A model generated the notes under the pieces. It saw only the letters and a program-made list of their open reading frames with translations, searched no databases and was not told the DNA's origin. A stretch of 36,229 nt of DNA, from the IMG/VR virus record IMGVR_UViG_3300042566_001492. One strand, 5' to 3'. Both the position numbers and the translations under genes were made by a program. Shown here in pieces: positions 9,393 through 18,927 of the stretch. The stretch is from an uncultured virus (IMG/VR IMGVR_UViG_3300042566_001492) (lineage: Duplodnaviria; Heunggongvirae; Uroviricota; Caudoviricetes). Within the stretch, counting starts at the first letter, position 1, and each line of letters opens with the position of its first letter.

Positions 9393-9983
9393 ATGAAAAA
9401 ATCACTACTAATCTTAATTACACTCCTAATATCCGTTAATCTTTTTAGTCAGAAAATACTTAGAGATTCTATAATGATTAAAACAGATATGTTCCAGATT
9501 GTTTACTCTGAAACTTTACAACAACCTAAATGGATTAAATATACTGTACAATGTCCTTCAGGAAGTGCTTCAAGAAGTGGAATGGACTTTTATATATGTG
9601 ATTCAATTACAACATCAGATAATAAAGATTATGAGAATAATCCATATGATAAAGGACACTTAGCTCCAGCCGCCCATTTTAATTGTACAAAAGAAATGAT
9701 ATTTAAAACCTTTACTTATCTTAATTGTGCACTACAACAGGAAAATCTTAATAGAGGAGCTTGGAGATTATTAGAAGCTAAAGAAAGAGAATTGGCTAAG
9801 ACTCAAACGGTAACAGTTGAAATAAGATGTCACTTTACAAAAACATCTAAAGTCTTACCTTCAGGAGCTACTATACCAGATGGATTTTGGAAAACAATTA
9901 CTTATGGTAATGTGGTTGAGAAGTATTACTTTAAGAATGAGAAACCAACAACTACTGATTATACTAAGTTTAAGATTAAGTAA
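9393..9983 (+). CDS. DNA/RNA non-specific endonuclease (His-Me finger, NucA/EndoG-like) with signal peptide
   Basis: YDKGHLAPA, Q..LNRGAW..LE, IPDGFWK; N-terminal signal peptide ending LFSQ. Confidence 0.9.
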   Translation: MKKSLLILITLLISVNLFSQKILRDSIMIKTDMFQIVYSETLQQPKWIKYTVQCPSGSASRSGMDFYICDSITTSDNKDYENNPYDKGHLAPAAHFNCTKEMIFKTFTYLNCALQQENLNRGAWRLLEAKERELAKTQTVTVEIRCHFTKTSKVLPSGATIPDGFWKTITYGNVVEKYYFKNEKPTTTDYTKFKIK

Positions 9984-10454
9984 TTACCAATCGTATCTGA
10001 TACCCCACATATCATCTACATCTATTCCCCATTTATTTAATATGTTTTCTATTTCTTGATAGTTAATATCATTAGTTCCAATGATTGGGTTATCTTCGAT
10101 TCTAGTTTCATAAAGACTCTCTACTCTACTGTTAATACTTTGATAGTCTGGATAAAAAGTAAGTCTAACCGATTCTTGTGATGTAGTGATATATAACCAG
10201 TTAGTAGTATAACCACCTCTGAATATTCCACCAAAATTTCCTCGACTTGCTACTTCAACAACGTGTTGAAATCCGGTAGTATCGATTGGAGTTTCTGATT
10301 TAACTATAATTGATTTATATTGTTTGTAGATAGGAACTTTATCAACTGTAGGTGTTATCTTACAATTATCTAATTCTTTAATTAAACCTAAAAGTGATTC
10401 ACCTTTTTTAGGACCTGTAGTAATATTTTCATTAAACCTTTTAAGATGTTTCAT
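9984..10454 (-). CDS. Hypothetical protein with N-terminal tag
   Basis: MKHLKRFNEN; TAATATATA 10459-10467 (-). Confidence 0.8.
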   Translation of the reverse strand: MKHLKRFNENITTGPKKGESLLGLIKELDNCKITPTVDKVPIYKQYKSIIVKSETPIDTTGFQHVVEVASRGNFGGIFRGGYTTNWLYITTSQESVRLTFYPDYQSINSRVESLYETRIEDNPIIGTNDINYQEIENILNKWGIDVDDMWGIRYDW

Positions 10455-10484
10455 TTGATATATATTAAATTTCTGTGATAAATT

Positions 10485-10514
10485 CTGACGGTCGTCAGTT
10501 TAAAAATTTTTCCA
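10485..10514 (-). repeat. Dispersed intergenic repeat B, copy 1
   Basis: Reverse complement contains TGGAAAAATTTTTAAACTGACG, identical to 29474-29495; includes CTGACG-gt-CGTCAG inverted repeat. Confidence 0.75.
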
Positions 10515-10594
10515 GGAGTTTTTTGTATAATTCTTAAATTGTGTGAAAAATTGGTTAAAAAAATAATATATAGTTTATAAAAAAATATTTGATT

Positions 10595-11104
10595 ATGAAA
10601 TACTTAAGACTATTTGAAAACTTTACAGATGGAGATAATAAATTTCCATTTTCTATAACGGTAAAACCAACAGCTGAATTTGAGAGAAGATTAAAAGATA
10701 TAAAAAATTCTGAAGGAAAACCATCATTTTTGGCTTTAGGTAGTGAATTTACCTTAAAAAGAAATGGTGATAGATTTAATCTTGTTAAAGTTGCTACAAC
10801 TCCATTTGAAGTAACTAGAAACGAATTAGATGGTAAATCATTTCTTGGTAAACAAGATGACCATTGGTTATCATACGATCCTAAAAATTCAGAGATATAT
10901 GTTCATACTTCAAGAAGATTTGGTACTGAATTAAAATTAGATGATAATGAAATAACCAGCACTGATAGAAGATACTCTACTGAAGATTATAAAGATGTAG
11001 GATTAGTTTGGATTGGTGGATACTATTGTAAATTTGAGAAAGGATTTGAAGTAGGTATGAAAGACCATCGTGGTTACTTTGAAATAACTAAAGTAGAAAT
11101 ATAA
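10595..11104 (+). CDS. Hypothetical protein with N-terminal tag
   Basis: MKYLRLFENF from ATG 10595; TAATATATA 10564-10572. Confidence 0.8.
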   Translation: MKYLRLFENFTDGDNKFPFSITVKPTAEFERRLKDIKNSEGKPSFLALGSEFTLKRNGDRFNLVKVATTPFEVTRNELDGKSFLGKQDDHWLSYDPKNSEIYVHTSRRFGTELKLDDNEITSTDRRYSTEDYKDVGLVWIGGYYCKFEKGFEVGMKDHRGYFEITKVEI

Positions 11105-11110
11105 TCTATG

Positions 11111-11140
11111 AAACCTCATCAATTAAGATGGGGTTTTTTT
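11111..11140 (+). terminator. Rho-independent terminator
   Basis: AAACCTCATC-aattaa-GATGGGGTTT followed by T-run. Confidence 0.8.
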
Positions 11141-11205
11141 ATATCTAAAAATTTCCTTATCTTTACACGATATAAGGTTGAATTAGTGAAAAAGATTTGA
11201 TAAAT

Positions 11206-11559
11206 ATGAATGCTAGAGAAGAGTTTATAAAACATATTGGTAGTAGAAAAGTACTTTGTGCTCAAATACAGAACGGTGAGTATTATAGTGATGATGATAA
11301 GCCAGGTATTTTTAGTCTAACTACTGGTTGGACTAATGAAGATTGGAATAAGTTTCTTAATGAAATAGATTTTGATTATGACTCTGGTTATGGTGGTCAG
11401 AATCTATTTGGTACGATTTGGTACGCAGATGGTACTTGGTCCGATCGTGGTGAGTATGATGGATCAGAGTGGTGGGAACATCAAAAGCGTCCCGATATTC
11501 CCACAGAGTTAAATCGTGTTGATAAAGTTCGTGATAAAAAATTAAATCAAATTTTATGA
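11206..11559 (+). CDS. Phage hypothetical protein with C-terminal tag
   Basis: YDSGYGGQNLFGTIW...RGEYDGSEWW; ends VRDKKLNQIL; CCTTATCTTTA box at 11155-11165. Confidence 0.8.
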   Translation: MNAREEFIKHIGSRKVLCAQIQNGEYYSDDDKPGIFSLTTGWTNEDWNKFLNEIDFDYDSGYGGQNLFGTIWYADGTWSDRGEYDGSEWWEHQKRPDIPTELNRVDKVRDKKLNQIL

Positions 11560-11613
11560 TACAAAGAATATTAAGAGAGAAAAGAAAATTAAAAACCTGT
11601 TAGAAATTAAATA

Positions 11614-11826
11614 ATGAAATTTAATATAAGTGACCACTTAAAAGAGATTGATTCTCATCACCACGGTTATGTAGTCGAATTTTTTACCAGTGCAAAAAGT
11701 GGTACGGATTGGTATCGATTAGAGAATAACGAATTAAACCTAGTTAATCATTGGGTACCTGAGAGTAAGTTAGAACTACATAAACAACCGTTAAGAGAAC
11801 AGAAGTTAAAAGAATTAGGACTATGA
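11614..11826 (+). CDS. Small protein with C-terminal tag
   Basis: Ends LREQKLKELGL. Confidence 0.8.
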   Translation: MKFNISDHLKEIDSHHHGYVVEFFTSAKSGTDWYRLENNELNLVNHWVPESKLELHKQPLREQKLKELGL

Positions 11827-11933
11827 TAGTTAGGTGTAAATCAGATAATGACTCTGTTGGTAAACTTAAAGGTTTAACCCCTGATAAGTCATATCCAGTT
11901 ACCGGTATTGATAACGGTTACAGATATATGTAG
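11823..11933 (+). pseudogene. Truncated LTxxKxYxV-family ORF running into the attC-like hairpin
   Basis: MIVRCKSDNDSVGKLKGLTPDKSYPVTGIDNGYRYM*; ATGA-coupled to upstream gene. Confidence 0.5.
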
Positions 11934-12037
11934 TTTTTTCTTAAATTGAAACACAAAACTTAATAATATGAATAAAGATAATAAAAACACAGAAGTTGAT
12001 AACACAGATAAAAAATTACATATATCTGATGTTATAA
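11911..12037. repeat. Long imperfect inverted repeat, attC-like
   Basis: ATAAC-ggtta-CAGATATATGTAGTTTTTT (11911-11939) pairs with AAAAAATTACATATATCTG-at-GTTAT (12010-12035). Confidence 0.6.
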
Positions 12038-12189
12038 CTCGTTTTGGATTACCAGATGAAACGGAGGAAAAAGTATTAAGGTTTTTACACCTCAAAGGTA
12101 TGATTAAAACAAAAACCTATATATTCTCTAATTTTGATGATGTTTATCGTGAAATGTCTGAACTAAGAGAATGGTTGGGTCGTTTATAA
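11968..12189 (+). CDS. Hypothetical protein starting inside the hairpin loop
   Basis: 73 aa ORF; KKLHISDVI is encoded by the right arm of the repeat. Confidence 0.65.
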   Translation: MNKDNKNTEVDNTDKKLHISDVITRFGLPDETEEKVLRFLHLKGMIKTKTYIFSNFDDVYREMSELREWLGRL

Positions 12190-12268
12190 AATGAGTTAAT
12201 AAATTACAACAGATACTTTAATTAATATTCCTTATCTTTGTTCTTTCTTACTTACACTACTTAACGGT

Positions 12269-12310
12269 AGCCTGTAGGACTCTATGTCAAGCCTGTAGGA
12301 CTCTATGTCA
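12269..12310 (+). repeat. Perfect 21-bp tandem duplication
   Basis: AGCCTGTAGGACTCTATGTCA x2. Confidence 0.95.
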
Positions 12311-12445
12311 AGATAGAGTAAATAATCAATTAAGACTTGACTTAACTTAATTGTTTCGCTTGACACTGAGCGAACGAGATAAAACTCACCTCTCTTAAAG
12401 AGCTGGTCCAGTTAATTGGGTGAATCAGTGTTTTTTTATTTAACT

Positions 12446-12709
12446 ATGATTGTATTTAACACCATAAAAAAAGCTGAACACTGGATTAAGTGGTATTCTA
12501 AATTGAATGACTATCAAAGAGGTGGTTATGATTGGGAATCTGTCACGACTTATATTGATGGAGATTTAGTAAAAACTCGTCGTCAAGGAGATGGGTGTGG
12601 ATGTGGTTGTGATAATCACCTTTTTGATTATACTATAGTTCATGGTAGAATCAAAAAGTTCGATACTAAATCTATTCGAGGTGAAAAGATAGCTGAAATG
12701 TTTAGATGA
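12446..12709 (+). CDS. Hypothetical protein with CGCGC motif and C-terminal tag
   Basis: ATG 12446; GDGCGCGCD; ends IRGEKIAEMFR. Confidence 0.75.
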   Translation: MIVFNTIKKAEHWIKWYSKLNDYQRGGYDWESVTTYIDGDLVKTRRQGDGCGCGCDNHLFDYTIVHGRIKKFDTKSIRGEKIAEMFR

Positions 12710-12790
12710 TTTAAATAAAGAGTGGAATGAGTAAATTTTATCTGATCTAGTAAGGTAGTTAGTTATTATATTTATTTAATATATAATAAA

Positions 12791-13516
12791 ATGAGGAAAT
12801 TTTCTAAAATAGTAGAATCCAAAGATTCTGATATTTCAAAGTCTATTGAAGATATATTCATAGAGTTTAAAGATATGGGATTTACTTTTAAAATAGAAGT
12901 AATCGAATCGCACTTTTCAATTAGTCTAACAAGTGATGATAAAATTGATAATATGGAGTGTATTAGAGAATTGTTTACTGCTGATAAAAGAATGGATGAA
13001 ATTGGCTTAGAATATGTTAGTTCAAAATATATTCTTTTAGGTGGTATGTTTGATGATAAAACCTCCAGAATAGATCTTAAGTATAGATTAATCGGTTCAA
13101 CTCCAAAAACTGATGATATAAAAACTTGGAAAGAATTTAAATTATATTGTGAAAATGTTTTAGGTATAGATGGTATATATTCAGATGATTTTAGAATAGA
13201 GGTTTTTGGTAAACACAATTGGTTAGATTCTTGTCCAGATAATTATGAAGGCTTTTATATAGATTATGGTCAAGATAGTAGCGACACTGAAGAAGAAAGA
13301 GAAAATAAAAAAAATCAATTCATAAGTAAATATCCGAAATATAAAGAATTCTTTGATAAATATTTAGACTATGGTGTTGATTGGAATTTAATTCATAAAC
13401 AAGGTGAGTGGAAAACCAGAGTTGATAAAGTAACACCTAATATTTACCCAATACCTTTTAACAAAGAAGGTTTAGAAGTAGTAAAGAAATTAATGGAAAT
13501 AACCGGTCAAAATTAA
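12791..13516 (+). CDS. Variant N-tag protein, DILxELxDxG family
   Basis: MRKFSKIVES; IEDIFIEFKDMGF; TAATATATA 12777-12785. Confidence 0.8.
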   Translation: MRKFSKIVESKDSDISKSIEDIFIEFKDMGFTFKIEVIESHFSISLTSDDKIDNMECIRELFTADKRMDEIGLEYVSSKYILLGGMFDDKTSRIDLKYRLIGSTPKTDDIKTWKEFKLYCENVLGIDGIYSDDFRIEVFGKHNWLDSCPDNYEGFYIDYGQDSSDTEEERENKKNQFISKYPKYKEFFDKYLDYGVDWNLIHKQGEWKTRVDKVTPNIYPIPFNKEGLEVVKKLMEITGQN

Positions 13517-13521
13517 AACGT

Positions 13522-14460
13522 TTAAGATTTATTTCTCTTTTTAGCAAAAGCCATTGCTGCTTCTCTAACCCATTGACCATCTTCTTTTGCTTTTTTACAA
13601 ACATCAATTCTTTCTTTATTACAAGGACCATTACCTGAGATAACTTGATGAAATTCACTCCAATCAATATCTCCTGATATCCAATGACTTGTTTCTTCAC
13701 ACCAATATAAATCTTTATCTGGTATAGTTAGACCTATCAATTTGGCTTGTTTGACTGTAACATCTATAAACTGTTGACGTAGTTCATCATTTGTATGTCG
13801 TTTTATCTTCCATTTAATAGACTGTTCTGTATGTTTAGAATCTTTATCACTCGGTCCAAACATCATAAGTGTTGGCCACCAAAATCGATTAAAAGCATCT
13901 TGGACCATTGACTTTTGTTGTGGAGTTCCTGTAGCTAAGGTATTAACTATCTCAAATCCTTGGCGTTGATGAAATGATTCTTCTTTACATATTTTAACCA
14001 TTGCTCTAGCATAAGGTCCGTATGAACATCTACATAAAGGAACTTGATTCATAATGGCAGCTCCATCGACAAGCCATCCAATAACTCCTATGTCGGCCCA
14101 ACTAAGTGTAGGGTAATTAAATATAGAAGAGTATTTAGATATTCCGTTATGTAAATCATTAATAGTTTCTTCTCTGTCTGCTCCTAAGGTTTCAGTGGCA
14201 CTGTAAAGATAAAGACCGTGTCCGGCTTCATCTTGAACTTTTGCTAGTAGAACGGTTTTTCTTCTAAGATTAGGAGCTCTTGTAATCCAGTTACCTTCTG
14301 GAAGCATTCCAACAATTTCAGAGTGAGCATGTTGTGATATCTGACGAATTAGTGTTTTACGATATTCATCAGGCATCCAATCATTTGGTTCAATTTTAAT
14401 TTCGTTATCAATCTTTTGTTGAAATCTTATATTAAGTTCTTCAATTTTATTCTTTTCCAT
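13522..14460 (-). CDS. paaA: 1,2-phenylacetyl-CoA epoxidase catalytic subunit A (di-iron)
   Basis: [66 protein letters not shown]. Confidence 0.95.
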   Translation of the reverse strand: MEKNKIEELNIRFQQKIDNEIKIEPNDWMPDEYRKTLIRQISQHAHSEIVGMLPEGNWITRAPNLRRKTVLLAKVQDEAGHGLYLYSATETLGADREETINDLHNGISKYSSIFNYPTLSWADIGVIGWLVDGAAIMNQVPLCRCSYGPYARAMVKICKEESFHQRQGFEIVNTLATGTPQQKSMVQDAFNRFWWPTLMMFGPSDKDSKHTEQSIKWKIKRHTNDELRQQFIDVTVKQAKLIGLTIPDKDLYWCEETSHWISGDIDWSEFHQVISGNGPCNKERIDVCKKAKEDGQWVREAAMAFAKKRNKS

Positions 14461-14571
14461 ATTGTAATGGTATATATTAAAAGTTCTTAATATAGATTAT
14501 TTTTTAGGTCTACACACATAATACCATCTTTATAAAGATATAAATCTTCTACAATGATTTAGGTGTATAAC

Positions 14572-15402
14572 TTACTTAATATAAGGTAAATCATCTTGAG
14601 ACCCGCCATTACTAATACCTTTTTTAATTAGTAAATCAACAAAGTTCTTATTCATTGTAACACGTTCAAGATTCTTTGCTGTTCTGTAGTCAGCACCAGC
14701 CCATTCATCCCAAACAGTATAATCTAAATACTTAGAATGAAATACATAATTACTACTACCTATTTCGTGTAAAACGAATGGGTGACCGGCTTTCATATAT
14801 TCCCAATACTTATCTGATGGTTTAATCTTATTAACTCCAAATTCACACTTAAATATATGAATCGTATTGGTATCGAACTTATTAATCTGGTCAACTATTT
14901 TTTGGATAATGGTGTTATCAGCAATATAATCATCATCATCTAAGTAAAAAACCCAACCAGGTTTAACTTCTTTCTCGGCAATTTTTAAGAATACATTATA
15001 TGGTGAATGCTTGAATGTAGCTCTTTGTGATGTTGGAAAGGTATAACAAAAGAATCCATTTTTCTCAAACTTAATCTCAGGAACTTTTTTTGTTTCTCTT
15101 TTTGATTCAACTCCCTCAAGTATAGGAACTTTATCTAAAAATTCTAAGTCTGGTGTGATAAAGTCATCTGTTAAAACATGATGGTTGTAGTTATAATACA
15201 TACCTTCAATTCTTTTAAGATTAGGAACTCTTACTGTTGTTATGTTATCAAATGTTGATAAAAACTCACCAGTTTCAATATCAGGGTAAGTACAGATATG
15301 ATTAATGTTTTTATAAGTTTGTTCGTGTATAGACTTATAACATCTATAGAAGTAGTTTTTTCTACTAACTCTGGTCATAATATTAATCAATGGTTCACTC
15401 AT
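14572..15402 (-). CDS. GT-A fold (family 2-like) glycosyltransferase
   Basis: PLINIMT...SIHEQTYKNINHI; WVFYLDDDD DxD motif. Confidence 0.7.
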   Translation of the reverse strand: MSEPLINIMTRVSRKNYFYRCYKSIHEQTYKNINHICTYPDIETGEFLSTFDNITTVRVPNLKRIEGMYYNYNHHVLTDDFITPDLEFLDKVPILEGVESKRETKKVPEIKFEKNGFFCYTFPTSQRATFKHSPYNVFLKIAEKEVKPGWVFYLDDDDYIADNTIIQKIVDQINKFDTNTIHIFKCEFGVNKIKPSDKYWEYMKAGHPFVLHEIGSSNYVFHSKYLDYTVWDEWAGADYRTAKNLERVTMNKNFVDLLIKKGISNGGSQDDLPYIK

Positions 15403-15481
15403 TAACTTTATACAAAAAAATCAGCAAATAGTTTGTTAAAGAAAAATAAACTGAGTATAATTTATTTTATATAATATTATA

Positions 15482-16447
15482 ATGTATACCAAAGATTTAA
15501 TAATGGTGACAGCTTACTGTCAAACCGAAGAACAGGAAATTGCTTTAGAAAAGTGTATAGATTCTGTTGTTAATACTGGTATGCATATTGCACTTATATC
15601 ACATTCACATATACCACTACACATACAAAAAAAGTGTCATTATTATGTCTATGACCACTTAAATGATATTTCAGATGACTGGAGATTACTTGGATTAAGA
15701 TACTACTTATTCGGTGATAAACGAATTCAATCTATATTCTTTGATAAATACTTTTATGGTTTTTCTATTTATCGAATGTTTTCAATGGGTAGTCAAATCG
15801 CTATTAACTTTGGTTATAAAAACATTCATCACATTGAATATGATTGTTTGGTATTAGATAATGACTTATTAAAAGAACATAGTGAGTTACTCGAAAATTA
15901 TGATTCTGTTATTTATACTAATACTGGAGACGCTGACGGATTTCTTTATGCTCATTGTAAATCATTTAAGACCAGTTCACTTCCCGATCAATTTAAGAAC
16001 TATAATAAAGATTACATGAAAAAACAAATCATTGAACACCAACCGTGTCAATTAGAAATCTTTACAAAAAGATTGTTTATTAATTCAGGAAATAATATCT
16101 TATTCAAGAATAAATCTGAATTGTCTGGTAGATTCACCGGAAGTAAATCATTTTACAATAGAAATATACATCACACAATTTTTTATAATGACGAAGATAA
16201 AACACTGAATATATTCTATGAATCAAACCGTGATGAAAGAATAACTATTATTGTTAATGAAAATAAAGTTATTAACTTAGATGTTCAATCAAATCACTGG
16301 TATGTTAAACCATTGGGAACATTTGACGATATAAATCATATAAGAATTGATAATTCTGTTAAAATCTTATATCAAAAGTCTTTTGACCAGAATGAAAGAG
16401 AAATCTATAAAAATAAATCTTTTTTAAGTGAAGAAGAAAATAATTAA
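15482..16447 (+). CDS. Hypothetical protein, possibly glycosyltransferase-like
   Basis: 321 aa; HIEYDC; first gene of an overlapping three-gene operon. Confidence 0.6.
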   Translation: MYTKDLIMVTAYCQTEEQEIALEKCIDSVVNTGMHIALISHSHIPLHIQKKCHYYVYDHLNDISDDWRLLGLRYYLFGDKRIQSIFFDKYFYGFSIYRMFSMGSQIAINFGYKNIHHIEYDCLVLDNDLLKEHSELLENYDSVIYTNTGDADGFLYAHCKSFKTSSLPDQFKNYNKDYMKKQIIEHQPCQLEIFTKRLFINSGNNILFKNKSELSGRFTGSKSFYNRNIHHTIFYNDEDKTLNIFYESNRDERITIIVNENKVINLDVQSNHWYVKPLGTFDDINHIRIDNSVKILYQKSFDQNEREIYKNKSFLSEEENN

Positions 16448-17258
16448 CTTCACTCCAACTGGAACACAAACTACAAGAGATAATTCTTTTGCTCCACTAT
16501 TACCTAATGAGATAATAGATGAGGTACATAATGCTTGTGAACTTGGTATATCAATTGTTCATTTACATGCAAGAACAGAACACGACTTACAAAATACTTA
16601 TAAAAAAGAAGTTTATCAAAAGATAATTGAAGGTATAAAAAAACATTGTCCTGAATTAATCATCTGTGTTTCATTGACTGGTAGAAACTTTCCAGAATTA
16701 GAAAAAAGAAGTGAAGTTCTACAACTATACCCAGATATGGCATCACTAACAATGTCATCTCTAAACTTCCCAACCGGAACATCTATTAATCAACCAAATA
16801 CTATTTTATCATTAATAGATGAGATGAATAAATGGGGTGTTCAACCTGAGATAGAATGTTTTGATACTGGTATGTTAAACTATACAAACTATCTAATATC
16901 AAAAAATATATTAACACCACCTTATCACATTAATTTTATATTAGGTAATATTTATAATGGCCAATGTGAGTTAAGTAATTTATCATCAATTAAATCCAAT
17001 CTACCCAAAAACTCATTGACTTGTTTAGGTGGTATTGGAAATCAACAGTTGATGAGTAACATATATGGGTTATTAGAATTTGATGGTGTTAGAATTGGAT
17101 TAGAAGATAATCTTTATTATAAAGAAAAAGAAAAAACAACAAATATTGAATTATTGAAAAGAATTCATAGAATTATGGATGATTTAGATATGAGTTGTTA
17201 TCAGTCAAATGAATTAAGAAAATTAGGATATGGAAACAAAATTATTAATAATAGGTAA
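16428..17258 (+). CDS. Beta-keto acid cleavage enzyme (BKACE/Kce, DUF849)
   Basis: TPTG, IVHLHAR, PEIECFD, VRIGLEDNLY. Confidence 0.9.
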   Translation: MKKKIINFTPTGTQTTRDNSFAPLLPNEIIDEVHNACELGISIVHLHARTEHDLQNTYKKEVYQKIIEGIKKHCPELIICVSLTGRNFPELEKRSEVLQLYPDMASLTMSSLNFPTGTSINQPNTILSLIDEMNKWGVQPEIECFDTGMLNYTNYLISKNILTPPYHINFILGNIYNGQCELSNLSSIKSNLPKNSLTCLGGIGNQQLMSNIYGLLEFDGVRIGLEDNLYYKEKEKTTNIELLKRIHRIMDDLDMSCYQSNELRKLGYGNKIINNR

Positions 17259-17868
17259 AGGTGATAATGTTATCACAATGATATTAGATAACTTGTATTC
17301 TGTTAATAGATTACCCGATATACATATATTTAATAATTTAGATTTACCTATATTGAATACATTTCATCACGAATCATTTGATATTAAACTATTTAATAAG
17401 TTAAATATTGATAATTACAAAGAGATAACACTAGGTGTTTATCAACCTCAACATAAAATAAGTATTATCAAAAACTTAAACCCTGACCCTGACCGGTTTA
17501 TTAATGTTATCCATAACGGATTAGAAATGTCTACTACAAGTAAATTAGGTAAAGGTGTTTTGATAAACTCTAAAGTATCGATAGCTGCTCATACAACAAT
17601 TGGTAATTTTGTGTCAATTAATAGACACGTATCAATTGGTCATCACACCATAATAAGTGATTATTGTTCTATTAATCCAGGAGTTAATATTGCTGGGAAT
17701 GTTACTATAGGTAGGGGAACTTTAATAGGAATGGGTAGTAATATTATAAATGGAGTTAAAATAGGTAAGAATTCAATTATAGGTGCTGGATCTGTTGTTA
17801 CTAGAGATATACCTGATAATGTTGTTGCCTGGGGATCTCCGTGTAAAGTAGTTAAAGATAATATTTAA
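17230..17868 (+). CDS. NeuD/PglD-like hexapeptide-repeat sugar acetyltransferase
   Basis: LLIIGKG N-domain, SIGHHTII, IGAGSVVTRDIPDNVVAWGSPCK. Confidence 0.9.
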   Translation: METKLLIIGKGDNVITMILDNLYSVNRLPDIHIFNNLDLPILNTFHHESFDIKLFNKLNIDNYKEITLGVYQPQHKISIIKNLNPDPDRFINVIHNGLEMSTTSKLGKGVLINSKVSIAAHTTIGNFVSINRHVSIGHHTIISDYCSINPGVNIAGNVTIGRGTLIGMGSNIINGVKIGKNSIIGAGSVVTRDIPDNVVAWGSPCKVVKDNI

Positions 17869-17921
17869 TTATTTGTAATTGTTAATAATTATCGTTAACT
17901 TTATACCTAAATTGTTTTATT

Positions 17922-18083
17922 ATGAAAGCTTATTATTTAATTGTTAGTTTATTAGCAACTATTGGTGTTTCTTATTTCTTAACTGATTATCCTTATTTGA
18001 TAGGTATTGTTGGGTTTGGTATTGCTATCGGATATCGAAACGAAGTTGATGAATATAATCGAAAAACCAATGATAAAGGATAA
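17922..18083 (+). CDS. Small 2-TM membrane protein (53 aa)
   Basis: MKAYYLIVSLLATIGVSYFLTDYPYLIGIVGFGIAIGYRNEVDEYNRKTNDKG*. Confidence 0.6.
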   Translation: MKAYYLIVSLLATIGVSYFLTDYPYLIGIVGFGIAIGYRNEVDEYNRKTNDKG

Positions 18084-18107
18084 AAGAGTTGGGTATATGA
18101 TTTAGTA

Positions 18108-18515
18108 TTATTTAGTAGCAACAAATATCAAATTTTGTATTTTAACCTTTTGCCAAGGTTCATATTTCATAAAATCATCAAATTTTTTTATATCTCTACT
18201 TGCGATAACACCCGGTGTTGCGAGATGGTATAATACCTCAATTGAATTATAACCTTCAGATTCTAAATAATCCCTCATTCTAATAAATTCTTCTTTGACC
18301 TCATCAGTTATCAATAATGACTGGTCTCCCCATGAAACAACTCTTATAACAAATTGTGTAAGATTTTCTTTATTGTTTTCAATAATACTTATATCATAAC
18401 CCATATCACTTATAGGTAGTAAAATATCTTTTACATTTAGTATTATATCATCAGCATGTGATTCGTTAATCGATGATTCATCGAGAGTTTCACTAAATCG
18501 TTTTAAGTATTTCAT
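18108..18515 (-). CDS. N-tagged DILxELxDxG family protein
   Basis: MKYLKRFSE; KDILLPISDMGYDISI; close paralog of 25920..26345. Confidence 0.85.
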   Translation of the reverse strand: MKYLKRFSETLDESSINESHADDIILNVKDILLPISDMGYDISIIENNKENLTQFVIRVVSWGDQSLLITDEVKEEFIRMRDYLESEGYNSIEVLYHLATPGVIASRDIKKFDDFMKYEPWQKVKIQNLIFVATK

Positions 18516-18519
18516 ATCT

Positions 18520-18927
18520 TTATGGTGTTTTACAAAAGGTCATTTCAAATTTTGTGAACTTGAATGAATCTTCTAATCCTTCTATCTCACTTTCATCATA
18601 TAATTCAACAACATGATATTCATCACTTATAAACTGAAGAGATTCTAACTTACTAAATGGAATACCTTCTGAATTCATAAATGACATAAGGTGTAAGATT
18701 TCTTCTTTGATTTGTTCCCAAGTAAATAATTGATCTTCACTTAAGTTAATATTAACTTCTCCAATATAATCATCAGCGTATTCCCACATCACATATTTAA
18801 TATTACTATCAGTTAGTGGTAAAAGTATATCATCTAGTTCAGGTTTAATTCTATTATAATGTTTTACAAATGATTCTCCAAAAAAATTAGAAAACTCAAA
18901 TATTTTATATGTCTTTAAGTATCTCAT
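18520..18927 (-). CDS. N-tagged DILxELxDxG family protein
   Basis: MRYLKTYKIFE; DDILLPLTD; HLMSFMNSEG. Confidence 0.85.
   Translation of the reverse strand: MRYLKTYKIFEFSNFFGESFVKHYNRIKPELDDILLPLTDSNIKYVMWEYADDYIGEVNINLSEDQLFTWEQIKEEILHLMSFMNSEGIPFSKLESLQFISDEYHVVELYDESEIEGLEDSFKFTKFEMTFCKTP

Noticed and set aside
12269..12310. Possible CRISPR array
   Set aside because: Only two directly adjacent copies, no spacers, no cas genes
13522..17868. Bacterial chromosomal segment
   Set aside because: paaA lacks its operon and carries the same upstream motif as surrounding phage-type genes; composition looks continuous
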